Of a stretch of DNA of 64,000 nt, positions 38,501-50,612 are shown piece after piece. Position 1 is the stretch's first letter, and every line of letters begins with the position of its first letter. Under the pieces are notes generated by a model. The model was not told where the DNA came from. It searched no databases and worked only from the letters and a program-made list of their open reading frames with translations. A program made the position numbers and the translations under genes. This DNA comes from Antedon mediterranea (taxonomy: Eukaryota > Animalia > Echinodermata). Location of the stretch: assembly GCF_964355755.1 (NCBI RefSeq), contig NC_092670.1:34274388-34338387 (forward strand). Direction: 5' to 3'.

Positions 38501-41500
38501 AACTTAGATAAACTATTAGAAAGAAGGAAATAGATGCTTGATCCTGTCATAGTATATAATACAGTCAGTAAACAATAATTCCACCCACACTATAATTGAT
38601 TTTAACAAACATTTTCAATAATTTACAATAAAACTGAAAGTTCTTAACCTCAGGCTACAGTATGGACATTCCTTTATTTGTTTTTCTTAAGAATTCTATT
38701 TCATTCAATATTTTTATTATTTAGTACAATTGTACATCCTAAAAACAACCATTCACACATTTTTCGGTTTTTGTTTTCATACCTGTTCTTATAAATTAAA
38801 ATAATCCAATCTCTATTCTGTCAAAGATTAACATAATTTTGTATTATTTAGTTTAAGGTTCATTCACACTTTTTTCGGTTTTTGTTTTAATACCTGTTCT
38901 CATAAAATAATCTAATCTCTATTCTGTCAAACATTAACATAATTTTGTATTATTTAGTAAACTATTGTACATCCGTTTAAGATCCATTCACACATCTTCC
39001 CCTTTTTGTTTTCATTCAATCTCAAATAATCTAAAATATCCGATCTGTATTCTTCCAAAGATTAGGATTAACATTTTTATCGTTTAGTATGATAATTGTC
39101 CTTTTATTAAAAAACCATTTACAATTTCACTTTTTCTTTTAAATTGTCATAGAATAATCCGATCTCAATTCTGTCAAAGATTAGGATTAAAGATCTACAG
39201 TTTGTGACGTTTTGTAAAAATAATATATTACTTTAAAAACATTAAACTAGGGATTCCTTGTCCTAAATGTATGTTTTATGATTCATTATGATAAAAAGTG
39301 AGAAACAATGGACTACCTAAGTAGCTCGCAGCGAATGACCTCTCCTGGACGGTCTTTAGGCCTAGCCTAGCTAGGCTTAGTTTTGTAGGCCTAGCTGGTA
39401 AATATCGGTAACGTACAAACATCGTACGCTAGCTATATACCTAGCCTGACGTTGTATAGTTGCTGCATTAATTGTCTTTCTATTTTTTCCAGACTCCGTT
39501 GATACAAATGAGGGAAAACCTAGTATTTTCGCTGAAAAGTTAGGAGTCTTCCATTTGTTTTGGCCTCATGATCGATCGCAAAGTGGGTGAATTACAGAAG
39601 AAAAACAAAAATATCATTCCGCGCGCAATGCATTTTGGGATTTATAGCGGGACGCTATAATTATTAGAATTGACTAATTTTGTTTACATTTTTAACTGTT
39701 TAAAGATGAAAAAGTTATCGCAATAGGACCATATAGTAGGCCTATTATTTTTACATTAAATATAGTTTGTGATCTTAAATTAGATCTAAAAAAACGTAGG
39801 TAAGGGGTCTTTAACATTCATATTTTGACATCTATAATTTTGTTTTGTTAGCAGAGCAGAGTAACCAACCACCCTCAATTATTGTATTATTAACTATGCT
39901 TTTATACTTTTCCAAGAAAAGGGAAAGAGAAACTTGCTGAATACAAATTGTTCTGAATAAGGATGTCATTTTGATCCCTAAATTTTTAGCCCTGATGAAG
40001 TACAATGTTTGCTATTTTTCTCCATTGTTCCAATTCTTCTTTTGTTCAAATTGAAACAACTACTTTTTATACAGTAATTTAAAGCCAAACAAAGAAAAGG
40101 TTTCGTATCCATTTTGAAAAGAGTCTTTACTGATTTTTTTTTTTCACTATATTCGAGTCAGTGTAACTTTATTTTTAAAGTTTATATGAGACAATGCTAA
40201 AAGATGTAACACCCACTTTGTAAATTTATAAATAAACTTTTCAAATTATTGTTTGTTTATTTATTTTATCTACATTTACAACAATTACCTTTTCCAATAC
40301 AGTTTCAATACCTGATACACTTAAATATTGGTTCTAATACTAATCTTATTTATTTAGTTTCCTTCAGTTTTTTTCATTTGTAATGTAATTTTTGTAACTG
40401 TGTTTATGTATAAGTAATAGAATGCATCAAGTGCGTGCCGCTAACTCTAAAGCAATGTTCGAAAAAAGTTTAAGTTTGAAGCTACAAAATTTGATGATAA
40501 GGATGAAAGGAAGGACTGTGAAACTAACACTATTTTATGTGGCCTTATTAACGACATGAGGTTAAATATAAATATACAACGACCTTCTAGAATTATTGCA
40601 TCAAATTTTTCCACAATAATATTAATGATGACTCACTGACGCACTACCCCTTTACAATTTGCTATGGACTTTCGGAATATTTTCCCTTTTTATCTGGTGT
40701 AAAACCTAGTACGATTTGATACCACCTTGCAAGTCCACAAAGCGGGCATTTACTGATTGGAACATTTATAATGTACCCAAATGGAAAAAAGAAATGGAAC
40801 CCACCAGGGCACATAACATATTGTATGTGTTACTGTACATGCCTTCTATTCTCTTTGTATATGTTTTAAATAGTTTAATTTTATTGTTTTTCTTCTGCTG
40901 CTGTAGTGTTAGTACGTTTTTATTATATAATACCAAAATAAAAAAACATTCATTTTTGGGGTTGTTTAGTACTATTTGTTAATGTGTCATGTGGATGAAC
41001 AACACAATTTTTTACATGAAAATTTATCAAGAGTAGGGATATACCCGAGTTTTAAGGTGATTCATAGAGATATTATACTTCACTATCTCTATTAGTTGGG
41101 TAATATTGAGGTATAGCACAAATCATTCAGTTTATTTTTATTTTTAAATGTTTAAAAATGTTTGTGACAGTAATACTGTATGTTAACCATATACTACTAT
41201 TTGCATGATATTCAATTTGAAAAAAAAATCTAAAATAAAACTTTCGACTTTATACTTAACGGTAAAGAAAACATTTGTTTTGGTTTATTGTTTTTTATTT
41301 TATTTATTTTTATTTTATTTATTCAACTTCTCCCTAACAGTAACACTGTTAGTGAAGGATCGGGGCCAACGGGTGGTAAACACCTTTAAAAACGATCCAG
41401 TCCCAATTAAAAAAAAATAACTCTCAGTGTGTAATTGCAAAACAAAATAAAAATATAGTTAGTTTGGGGAATTCTAAAAATATTGATGGAAAAAACCATA

Positions 41501-44500
41501 TTAGTGTATACAGTACTGCAACCACGGAAATCTGTGGTTTCATTGAAGCCTCATCCATTGGCTCATATCCAATGTTACTGGCATAATGTTATGCCATAAA
41601 CACAACGATTTCTCAATTAAAAACCGGAAACAAAAAAGAACCTAGTGTTTTTCATCTTTAAGTTTAACAGTATGATTAAGCATAATTTATTATGATTACA
41701 CAACATGTTTGAACTTAAACTGGGATGATTAAATTATATAGAGGAAAGACATTGTACTATTAATAAAATGATCAAGATTTTAGTTGTAACAAGGAATTTA
41801 AATTTCAAAATTTGTTGAGTTGATCCCTAAAGCTTTCGTTGTTGACACACAGTAAGTCTACTACAACAGTTCAGTTTGATCAGACTACTGTAAAAATCGG
41901 TAAATATTTTCACGCTGCTGCTCTAGCCCGCTACGTCCCATTAGGACTACTCAATCAGAAGCTAAAGCAAGCAGCAGTTATAGTTCTAAGGACGACAATT
42001 TTGCGAAAATGGAAACTCCACTATAATTTATTGATTCCAGCTGCTACAGTAGACCCAAAAAAGTCTGGGGAAAGAGTTTATAAGGACATGTCATGCTAAA
42101 ATTACAAATCCCAAAGCATTTTTGGTATATTCACTGTCAGATATTCATTGAATTATTATCAAAACAGTCCATTAAAGTTTGTGTTTGTAATATGATACTT
42201 CACACTTGAAATATATCTAGGGTGATGAAGTGACCCCCAGACTTGACCTTAGCAATAAAATTAACTAAAGTGACAGAAATTGAGTATTCACTTCTGTAAC
42301 AAAAAAATAATATTTATTCACATAAAAAGAGAAAAGAAACCCAAAAAACATTGTCTGACAAGTGACAGACAATTTAAGTATTTGTTGCTTTAAATTACAT
42401 TTTTTCAGGTAAAATAACTATTATGTGACAATAAAATGACACATTCAAAAACATTTGAAATAAAAAATATTTTTCAATAAGCGAGCAGCGTTTTTTGTAA
42501 GAAATATTTCTTGCTTAATTTGAAATTATGTTTTTCATAGAATATATAGTACTGTTTGCTCTTATTAAATAGTCTATGGCATTTATTTATATCCTTATTT
42601 ATTATTATTATAAAATGCCTAGCTAGACTAAATTTTTCTGTCAGTTTAGATTTTTGAGAGACAGGTTTTCAAGTTTTTTAATGACCAATAAATTTGAATG
42701 GTGGCCATGTATTAAAATGGTTTTTTATTATCAATATCAGTTTAAACTTAGTTTAGTGATATCATTGGAGAACAAAAAATTTGTTAATAATTGACTTTCG
42801 ATAACTTTTAACGTTTGAAATACTCTGTTAACTGTAATTAAATACCTAAATGAAAAACCAACGTTAAAAATTAAGTTAAAATCCCAATCGAACATGCCAA
42901 CTGTCTACCTTAAAACCAGTTAAAGCAATTGAGGGCATTCCAAAATTTGCAATTTGCCAAATTATGTATTCCACATCGAATAATATACTACTGATTATAA
43001 TAATACATTGTCATAAGTCAAATAGAAGCATATCAGCAATCAGTATTTAAAAATAAAACAACACTGAAGACGTAAAAAACTTTTGAGAATATGAGTTAAA
43101 CCATTTTTAACATGCCTCAAAAGAGCATTTAGACAATGCACTTTGAGTGCAGTTTATCCTTTCAAATGACAAACTACTGCATTATAGGGGAAGTCCCTTT
43201 AAATATTTCACTTCATATGTTTTTGTGACCTCGTTGACATACATACCTATTATACTATGTATGTATTATAGAATTTATACTTATTGTACTATGCAATGAA
43301 CATATGACTATGGACAGAATGCTCTTTTAAAATATTATAATTAATTTAAACAATTAGAAGGACTGAACAATCTAAAATATTATTTACAAATGAAACTTTT
43401 AGTTTTACATAAAAAAATATTTGAACATGAGTTTAGTAGTAGTTTATAGTATACAAATAATGAATGTTATTAGTGCATTAATATGGTACAAATAATGGCA
43501 TGAGGTGGATGATGAAAGGTTATATTTCAATCTAAATAGATTCCTGTCACTTGAATCAAATTGAATAAAACTTAAAGGTATGACTACATTTGATTCACAA
43601 TTGAAACAATAACATGTTTTTTAATAATAGGCCTATATTAAATATTATATTTATTTAGATTATATAAATACTCCTACTGTAGTGTTAATTATGTCAACAA
43701 CCGACCAAACAATCCTAGGCCTGGCAAATTGTATTAGATTGTTATGATTTCAGTTATCATATTTTATGAATACAATAATCAAGAAAACCTGATTTTTCTA
43801 GTGTACTACTGCATTGTCAATGTAATTTTATAGTTAATTAATAACAATAACATGCCTATGAATACAGGCCCCTGGGACTATAGTTGGTCATACAGTACAA
43901 AAGAATAAAAAAAGAATATACTAACTTAGTATTAGTAGAATTGTACATTTTCTTCCACATGACATTTTAAAATATTTATTAAAAGTACTATTAACTACTA
44001 ATACTTAGCAATAAACCTAGAGTAGAAGCATACAGTTATCTAGAATAAATTAAATAAATACATTTGTTCAGTATGAAAGTCTTTAGGGCACAAATTGTCT
44101 GTAAGTAAGCCATGCACTATAGTATGAAAAGTGTGCTATAGAAGTGAATCACACTGAACACCCACAAAGGTCAACACTTGTGATTTCATTGGGGAAATAA
44201 AGTTTAACCTAAATTTAGCACATTGGGTTTTCCTAACAAAATATAAGCTGTTAGAAAATTGCTCAACTTTTAGTATTGTAGGACTTTTAATTTACTGTGT
44301 GCCTTTCCAATATCTCAAATAAAATCAAATTTTTTACTGAAGGTTAGAAAATTTAGCAGCATTTTGCAAGGGTACTATTGAAATAATACTCATGAAATAT
44401 CTTATTTATTTATATTTTTTTAAATTTTATTTTATGCAATCGAAACCAACAGCGATAATAGTATGAATATGAAATTCAGATCTCTATAATTTTTAAGGGA

Positions 44501-47500
44501 CAATACTGTAGGTGAATAATTTGATAAATCTCTATGAATTCTCTTTCTAAGTCAATACAATTTAAAGGAAAAAAATTGTTATTGAGTTAACTTAATAATA
44601 TTTAAGGGAAATTTTTCAATTAAGTGCGATTGGTGAATACGGCCACATGGCTCAAAATTCACAGAGCAAACTGGCAAACATTTTCTACTACTCGAAAATG
44701 TTGAAATTTTAGGTAAAGTTTTTGTTTTTTAAATTAGTTACTTTTCAGTCCTAGCAAAGTTACTTTAGGCTTGATCTGACAATGTCTGTCAATTCAACTG
44801 TGTATATTTAATCTAAATATCCAAAGGCAAATTACTTTAAAAATGACAATCTCAATGGAGATAAAAAAAAAAGCGAAAAGCTAAATCAAAACGATAAAGT
44901 AAAACCGCCAGAAAAAAAGTTAACAGTGCTTTCGGGCAACACTCCTGTAGCCCTAAATATTAGACTCTAGTTACAGTAGTAGGTTGTTTTAGATTTTGGT
45001 TTGCTATCATTTGGATAAAAAAAGTAAATTTCTAGACATGAAAATTAAATAAATAATATAAATAAATGCCATAGACTATTTAATAAGAGGAAACAGTATT
45101 ATAGATATTCTATGAAAAAGTTAACATAATTTCAAACTAAAAAATGTAAACAAGTTTCTTCACAGAAAATACAGCTATGTCGCTGCTCACCAACGAACCA
45201 AAATAATTACTTTAATAATTTTCTAAAAAACAAGCAAAAAATTCATTTACCTGAATAGAATTCAACTTAAAATTTCAAACTCACCTTCTTGCAAACTTGG
45301 AAGAACTGAATAAAATTGCCTTCTACGAAAAGACATGGTTTCCTCAAATGCAAAATCTCAACAATCCATTAGTACCAATTGTCTAACACTTATAATGACA
45401 ACAATTTACTGTCGAATGAAAAGCTACAGTAAGTCAGCATTGCATTATTGCATCACAGCAAATGAACACACCGTTTGGTCTGTTTACCATGGAACTTTAC
45501 TTTATATAAGCTGTTTAGAAAAATAACTGAACATAGAGGGCAGCATGGATCCTTCCATTAACTAGCTAAACCATATATAATCAATATTTTCTTCTGATTT
45601 CTATTCTAATTGAAAGTACTAATAAATATTACTATTGGTAAAGTATTGTTTGTTGTTAAATTATTATTAACAATAATCAATTATCAACACTTTAGAGAAA
45701 TGTATGGAAATAAATATCAGTATAATAGGAATAAACCTTCAAAATAATGGAATAATCCATCCAATGTACACATCACTGTAATTTTGCTTACGCAAAAGCA
45801 AATTCAACTTTTAACAAAACAAAATACTTTTGGTTAGGTAAGCATGGATCCTTCCATTTTTTTAATCATTTAATATTATTTAACTAGCTAAACAATATAA
45901 TCATTATTTTCTTCTGATTTCTATTCTAACAAAAAACAAAATACTTTTGGTTAGGGCAGCATGGATCCTTCCATTTTTTTAATCATTTAATATTAACTAG
46001 CTAAACAATATAATCAATATTTTCTTCTGATTTCTATTCTAATTGAAAGTACTAATAAATATTACTATTAGTAAAGTATTGTTTGTTTGTTAAATTATTA
46101 TTAACAATAATCAATTATCAACACTTTAGAGAAATTTATGGAAATAAATATCAGTATAATAGGAATGAACCCTTCAAAATAATGGAATAATCCATCCAAT
46201 GTACACATTGCTGTAATTTTGCTTACGAAAGCAAATTCAACTTTTAACAAAATAAAACACTTTTGGTTAGGTAAAAATACTAAAATAATAACTGGGTGTT
46301 AACCTTTGGCAGATTTTGATATTATGAATGTGTAGAATAGATAATATCAAGTACCAGGCCTTTTATTTTGAGGTGAGCGAATGCGATCACTCACCTAACA
46401 CACTCCTAAACTGCCCTTGATTTACAACACACTTAAATTTGGTAAACTTCTAAGTTCTAAACACAAAAATACAAACGACACACCTACAGCACCCATGAAT
46501 GTATTGAGGAGAGAAATTTGTAGCACACAAACAGACAAGGCCTGTAAATAACTAACAAAAAATACTAAAACAAAATTTTGTAGAATTAAAAAAAAAATCT
46601 TATTTTATTCAATTTCAAGATACCTCAATAAACTAGTGATAATATAATGATTTAATTAATCAATTTAAAATCATAATTAATTCTGAAAACCAGACTTATG
46701 CACCAGAAAATAATACTCCAAAAGTGTTCTGTTTCGGACATAAAGTTGAAGGTGTACTGTAAATGTAAATACTGTCCCATGTGACTAAAGAAACAAGAGG
46801 GTAAATGTGTAGGGTCTATTATTATAGAGGGGGGGGCAGGCTTGGGGGACAGGGGGTTGGTTCATAATTTGGAAATCTCAAACTACCTCAAACCTGACAT
46901 GTATTATACATGTCATTTACTGTTTGTTTGCAAAAAAATCATTTTACGTTATCCTAGGTTTACAATAGAAAAAATGAATCCTACCATATAAACCATGTAC
47001 ACAAAAGAAAGCTAGTTAGTAATACTGTAGTAGTATTCCTTAGCCAAGTAATAGTGGGGCCTTGGGCTTCTATTTTCCTTGAACCTAGTATCAGGACACT
47101 GAAAGCTACTGTATAGTAGTATAGGAAAGACTTATAGCAATTATTATTAAACTTGTCTAGACTTGAAGAAAGTTATAAAGCATAATGTTTGTTTACTAAA
47201 TTATGAAATTATACTGAATTATTATTGATTTATAGTAAATTAATAAATATCTTTGAAGCACAATTGTACCGTGGCTGATTTCCGCCAAAGAAAAAAATTA
47301 TTTTATAATAATACAGCCGTATATACAATCTGTTCACACGTACAGTACATGCGCATGCGTAGTACATCAACAAACCTCTTGGCGCATTCACAGATTTTAG
47401 AAAGTCATGTGGTACATTACTGGCCATCTTTGTGTCCAACTATGCCTATGTAGTGTATGGAGTCGAGTCATGTGCTTAAAAAATGTATAACATTCACAGG

Positions 47501-49958
47501 GTTTTAATCTAATTTAATATCAAAACAATCAATTTGTTTAAAGGCTTTTGTTAAGATAACGCAATCATAAAGTTACTGCGAAGATGATTTTAAACAACAA
47601 AATGTAAAAACAATGCATTACTATACAGAATCGCTGTACAAAATAAACGCGAACGCGTAGAGCACAGCCAGAGTCGTTAATTTAAATGGGTTAAAGCTAT
47701 TTTTTTTTGTTTAACGCCGTATTATTATAAAATTATTATTTTCTTTGGCGGAAATCAGCCACCGTACAATTGTAGTAATGTTTGACATTAAAATAGATTT
47801 CTTAATAATATTACAATTTACATACTACTGTACTGTATTTAATTTTTTTTAAATATTTTGTATTTATTTTTTTTGTATTAATAATATTTGTCCTCAGTGA
47901 GGAAATTCGGATTAGGCCCTCCACGGACCCACGGCAGCCAGCAGTGCAGCGCCTACCAGATTAGGCAATGAGAGTAAAGCATCTTGCCTAAGGATGCAAT
48001 TAGTATGGTACAGATAACCTCGAACCCATGCCTATCAGATGCTAGTCCGATATTACCATTACACCATCACTCTCCAGTATATACAGCACCCGCCACGATT
48101 TCTAGACGGATTCCCATCCAGAACGCAACCGGGCCCAACGTTGCTTAACTTCGGTGATCTGACGAGAACCGGTGTTTCAACGCAGTATGGCCGTATAGCA
48201 ACATTTGAGCCGACTGTCCATACTGGTACCATCACATAATGGTCAGCAAGGTTATAGAAACAAAAAGTAGTATAAATTGGAAACTTATTCATTATTTATT
48301 TTACATGTTCCTAATTATGAATGAACAGTAATATAGTATGCTATAAATACATCCACAATCAAGGGTACTGTATGTCCCACAAAAACATGAAAAATGAAGA
48401 TTAATTAAATCAAACTTTGAATACTGGTTATTTTGTAGTTTTTAATAAATTTAATCCCTTCGGTAAAAAAAAAAAGAATGTTTTCTCATATAAAATGACA
48501 AAATAAATGGTCAATTTCAACCAAAACCCCATTGACTGGCAGCTAATTTGACTATTTTTTGCTTTAAATTACAGTTTTTCAAGTAATACATTTTTTTTCA
48601 ATTCAATTTTTGTTCGAAGTGGATAACTATTATTTTTATGTCACATTAAAATGACATGTATTCAACAAAAAAATGTTAAAAATTATTTTTTCAGGGGGAA
48701 AATATGTCTTGAAACATAAAAATAGTGTATGTCTGGCTCTACATTGCACACCAATTGCAACAACTCGCTAGCATAATAATATGAGCAAAAAAATAATTTA
48801 AGATACTTTTAATATTGATTCCATCTTAAAGCAGGTATTGCCTTTTTTATCATACTATACATTACTTAACCATAATTTATCACATTGAAAACAAAATAAA
48901 TCACAACAAATGATTTGACATTATTAGACATATTCAAAAATAAATTTAAAGTTTAAACTAGATTTAATTTGAAAACATAACACCACATCGATCCCTGGCC
49001 ATAAGAATATACTCTGAAAAATTGAATTAGCTAGATGAAACTGATATCAAGATAATTGATGGAAAAGAAAGGAAAGAATAAATAAATATTTGAATTCTCA
49101 TTCAAAGCAAGTTCATAAAATAAATTAAAAGCAACATCACTCCTTTTATATTGGAAAATGTGTGTCGGTGTGCTGTACTAGCTTTGATTTATCAAAACAT
49201 GGTAGTATTAGGATGTTTATGAATTGATATAGAGTGTGGAAGGTTGTGATGATGCAATGATGATGGTTGCTAGAGTACCTGGGCTAGGCTAGTGGTAGTA
49301 AACTTGTAGTGGTGCAGCATGTGTTGGTATGGAGTTTTGTAAATTCAGTAGGAGGGAGAGGAGGATGACAAGTAATAATAATATTAATACTGTACTACTG
49401 CTACTAGTCTATATAATTTATATAGGTCCTAGGCTATAATAAAATTAATCGGTATAGGCATAGGTCTTAATTATTAGAGTGTAGGCCCTCCTAGACGGCC
49501 TGGCATAATGGATGGCTAGTCTACCGACTTAGCTGCTAAGTAGGCTAGTTAGGCCTAGTCTAGAGACCCACCAGACCCCTGCTTCCTACTACTACTAGCC
49601 TACACACAGTTATTTATTTATTATAATTTATTGTATTGCTTTTACCATTGAATAGAAACTATAAATGTTGAATTATTAACTATTTTATTAATCAATTTAA
49701 AATATTATTATTTAATAAACTGATAATTCATAATTGTTTGTTTAGGCCTAATAAAGTAGTATTAAAGTAGTCACATCAGATAATATTATTCCCAGAAACC
49801 TAGTCCTAGGCTAGCTTAACTGTCCTAGCTAGGATAGCATGCTAGGCTAGCTGCTGCAGGCAATGAATGATGCTTCACGTTCGCAGTAAATACACCCACC
49901 GAATCAGCAACTTACCTTCTTCGTTTCTATCATCCTTATGTGTGACACTTTCAGCCAT
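23706..49958 (-). CDS. Coiled-coil protein similar to fungal Bfr1 / plant proton pump interactor PPI1 family, ~596 aa, 11 coding exons
   Basis: Exons 49958-49916, 32707-32613, 32309-32145, 31738-31566, 30856-30784, 29490-29382, 28957-28813, 27846-27650, 25492-25338, 24944-24828, 24224-23706 (1791 nt, all GT-AG, phases consistent). Motifs SIDKLESMIKRLEYQLEKNHFTVREETRIVHEIDRL, EPFSYKLKVCNILNIYL, RKKNEEDEWMFAG, ISHPPDIFPLFSEVGLTAPSSVGDVADVLAQL. Gene structure is solid; family call is from recall. Confidence 0.8.
26503..26542. repeat. (AT)n microsatellite
   Basis: About 20 AT units. Confidence 0.95.
26633..27262 (+). mobile_element. Kolobok-like family A, copy 3
   Basis: TTAA-AGACACCTTCCCTAC...GTAGGGAAGGTGTCT-TTAA, perfect 15-bp TIR. 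Confidence 0.85.
28125..28695. repeat. 24-bp minisatellite (14 + 2 units) carrying CCAAATATGG, interrupted by a MITE
   Basis: Unit TTTCCAAATATGGTTATCCTTTAC. Confidence 0.95.
28460..28638. mobile_element. Harbinger-like MITE family H2 (decayed relatives ~32850-32993, ~34061-34188, ~63527-63672)
   Basis: TIR AGCTTGGTTCCCACTAG / CTAGTGGGAACCACGCT, palindromic body, inserted at a TTA of the minisatellite. Confidence 0.8.
29751..30481. mobile_element. Harbinger-like internally deleted element (731 bp)
   Basis: TTA|GGGCCTGTTCGTAGGGGTTGAAAATA ... TATTTTAACCACCGTACGAACACGACC|TTA; GC-richer interior with broken minus-strand ORFs. Confidence 0.7.
32983..34060. repeat. 43-bp minisatellite, ~25 near-identical units
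   Basis: Unit AACCAAGCTTTAGTAACCAGCCTAAACCAAGATAAAAACCATC. Confidence 0.97.
34933..35113. mobile_element. Palindromic Harbinger-like MITE
   Basis: TAA|AGGGTCGTTCACACCTGTTCCGGCACGGTT ... AACCGTGCCGGAACAGGTGTGAAAGACCCT|TAA. Confidence 0.85.
35121..35347 (+). mobile_element. tRNA(Gly-TCC)-like headed SINE remnant
   Basis: TAGCTTAGTGGTTAA (A box), TGCCTTCCAA anticodon-arm-like, duplicated B box GGTTCGATCC / GGTTCAATCC. No proper acceptor stem; 3' boundary approximate. Confidence 0.6.
38720..39190. repeat. Degenerate ~110-130 bp tandem repeat, ~4 units
   Basis: Recurring CATTCACAC...ATAATCCAATCTCTATTCTGTCAAAGATTA. Confidence 0.75.
39191..39810 (+). mobile_element. Kolobok-like family A, copy 4 (left TIR partly deleted)
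   Basis: Same body as 3644-4269; TTAA both sides. Confidence 0.8.
42390..45270. mobile_element. Old ~2.9-kb element with long degenerate terminal inverted repeats
   Basis: CTCTTATTAAATAGTCTATGGCATTTATTTATAT (~42559-42592) is inverted at ~45056-45089, with weaker similarity extending outward. Boundaries approximate. Confidence 0.55.
45285..45336 (-). CDS. Candidate alternative first coding exon of the Bfr1/PPI1-like gene (MSFRRRQFYSVLPSLQE)
   Basis: ACCATG start context, AAG|GTGAGT donor, same phase (1) as the 49958-49916 exon, so it splices in frame to 32707. Confidence 0.55.
45482..45495. promoter_or_regulatory. RFX X-box-like motif ~150 bp upstream of the alternative first exon
   Basis: GTTTACCATGGAAC vs consensus GTTNCCATGGNAAC. 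Confidence 0.4.
45538..46272. repeat. Local tandem duplication: two ~300-bp copies with a deleted ~115-bp copy between
   Basis: AGCATGGATCCTTCCATT...CTTTTGGTTAGG occurs three times. Confidence 0.9.
47260..47773. mobile_element. MITE with ~55-bp TIRs (Tc1/mariner-like, TA-flanked core)
   Basis: ACAATTGTACCGTGGCTGATTTCCGCCAAAGAAAA ... TTTTCTTTGGCGGAAATCAGCCACCGTACAATTGT. Confidence 0.8.
47860..48199 (-). mobile_element. Chimeric SINE: 5S rRNA-derived head + tRNA-like segment + core + A-rich tail
   Basis: 5S-like 48199-48081; then TGGTGTAATGG...GGTTCGAG; then TCCTTAGGCAAGATGCTTTACTCTCATTGCCT; tail AATTTCCTCACTGAGGACAAATATT plus A-rich run. Confidence 0.7.
48081..48199 (-). pseudogene. 5S rRNA-derived sequence (119 nt, diverged 3' third)
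   Basis: GCTATACGGCCATACTGCGTTGAAACACCGGTTCTCGTCAGATCACCGAAGTTAAGCAACG...GGATGGGA...GGTGCTGTA; no oligo-T terminator. Confidence 0.85.
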
Positions 49959-50389
49959 TTTAACGTAAATTTACCATTTACGCTAAAGGCTAAACACAAA
50001 TTAAACAATGCGAGAATTTTGCATTTAATTCCAAAAACCAAACAGTTTCTACTTCCTTCTGCGGCCAGTCAGGCCGTCGTTGTGTCGTCGTCGTAGTCGG
50101 TGGATGATGTGTCACGGAAAGCGGCGATATCAGAAGAATCGTCTATCAATCACGTGTCGGGCCGCCTTTAAAGTTGCTTAGTGAAGCGAATCAACCAAAC
50201 TAAATACAGTAGTACATACGTATAAATACGCAGGTAATATTGGTGCAACTAAATAAATAACGCACAGAATCAAATTCAATATTGGTGCAACTAAATGTTG
50301 ATTAATGATTGAATTAATTTCACATTACTACATGATTAACTTGTCTTGATTCATGTTACTTAAAATTATATAATTATTAATTAATATAT

Positions 50390-50612
50390 TATATATTCGA
50401 ATAAACGCCCGGGGCGTTTATTGTTCAGTAGGTTTTTTAGAGGGTCGTTTATTCGATGGAGGCGTTTATTCGGGGGAGGTGTTTATTTTTTCGGTGCAAT
50501 ATGGTAACATGGTATGGCCAAATAAGTACCCCTATGATAAAATACAGTAATAAAAAGCGTTTATTCGAGGGAGGCGTTTATTCAATGCGGCGTTTATTTG
50601 AATAAATTACGA
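50390..50612. mobile_element. Decayed pogo/Tc2-like MITE
   Basis: ATTCGAATAAACGCC at left, repeated GGCGTTTATTCG motifs to the right. Confidence 0.55.

Noticed and set aside
41839-42099. 86-aa ORF as a transposase fragment
   Set aside because: No recognisable motif or splice context.
48081-48199. Functional 5S rRNA gene
   Set aside because: Single copy, diverged 3' third, no oligo-T terminator, fused to a SINE body.
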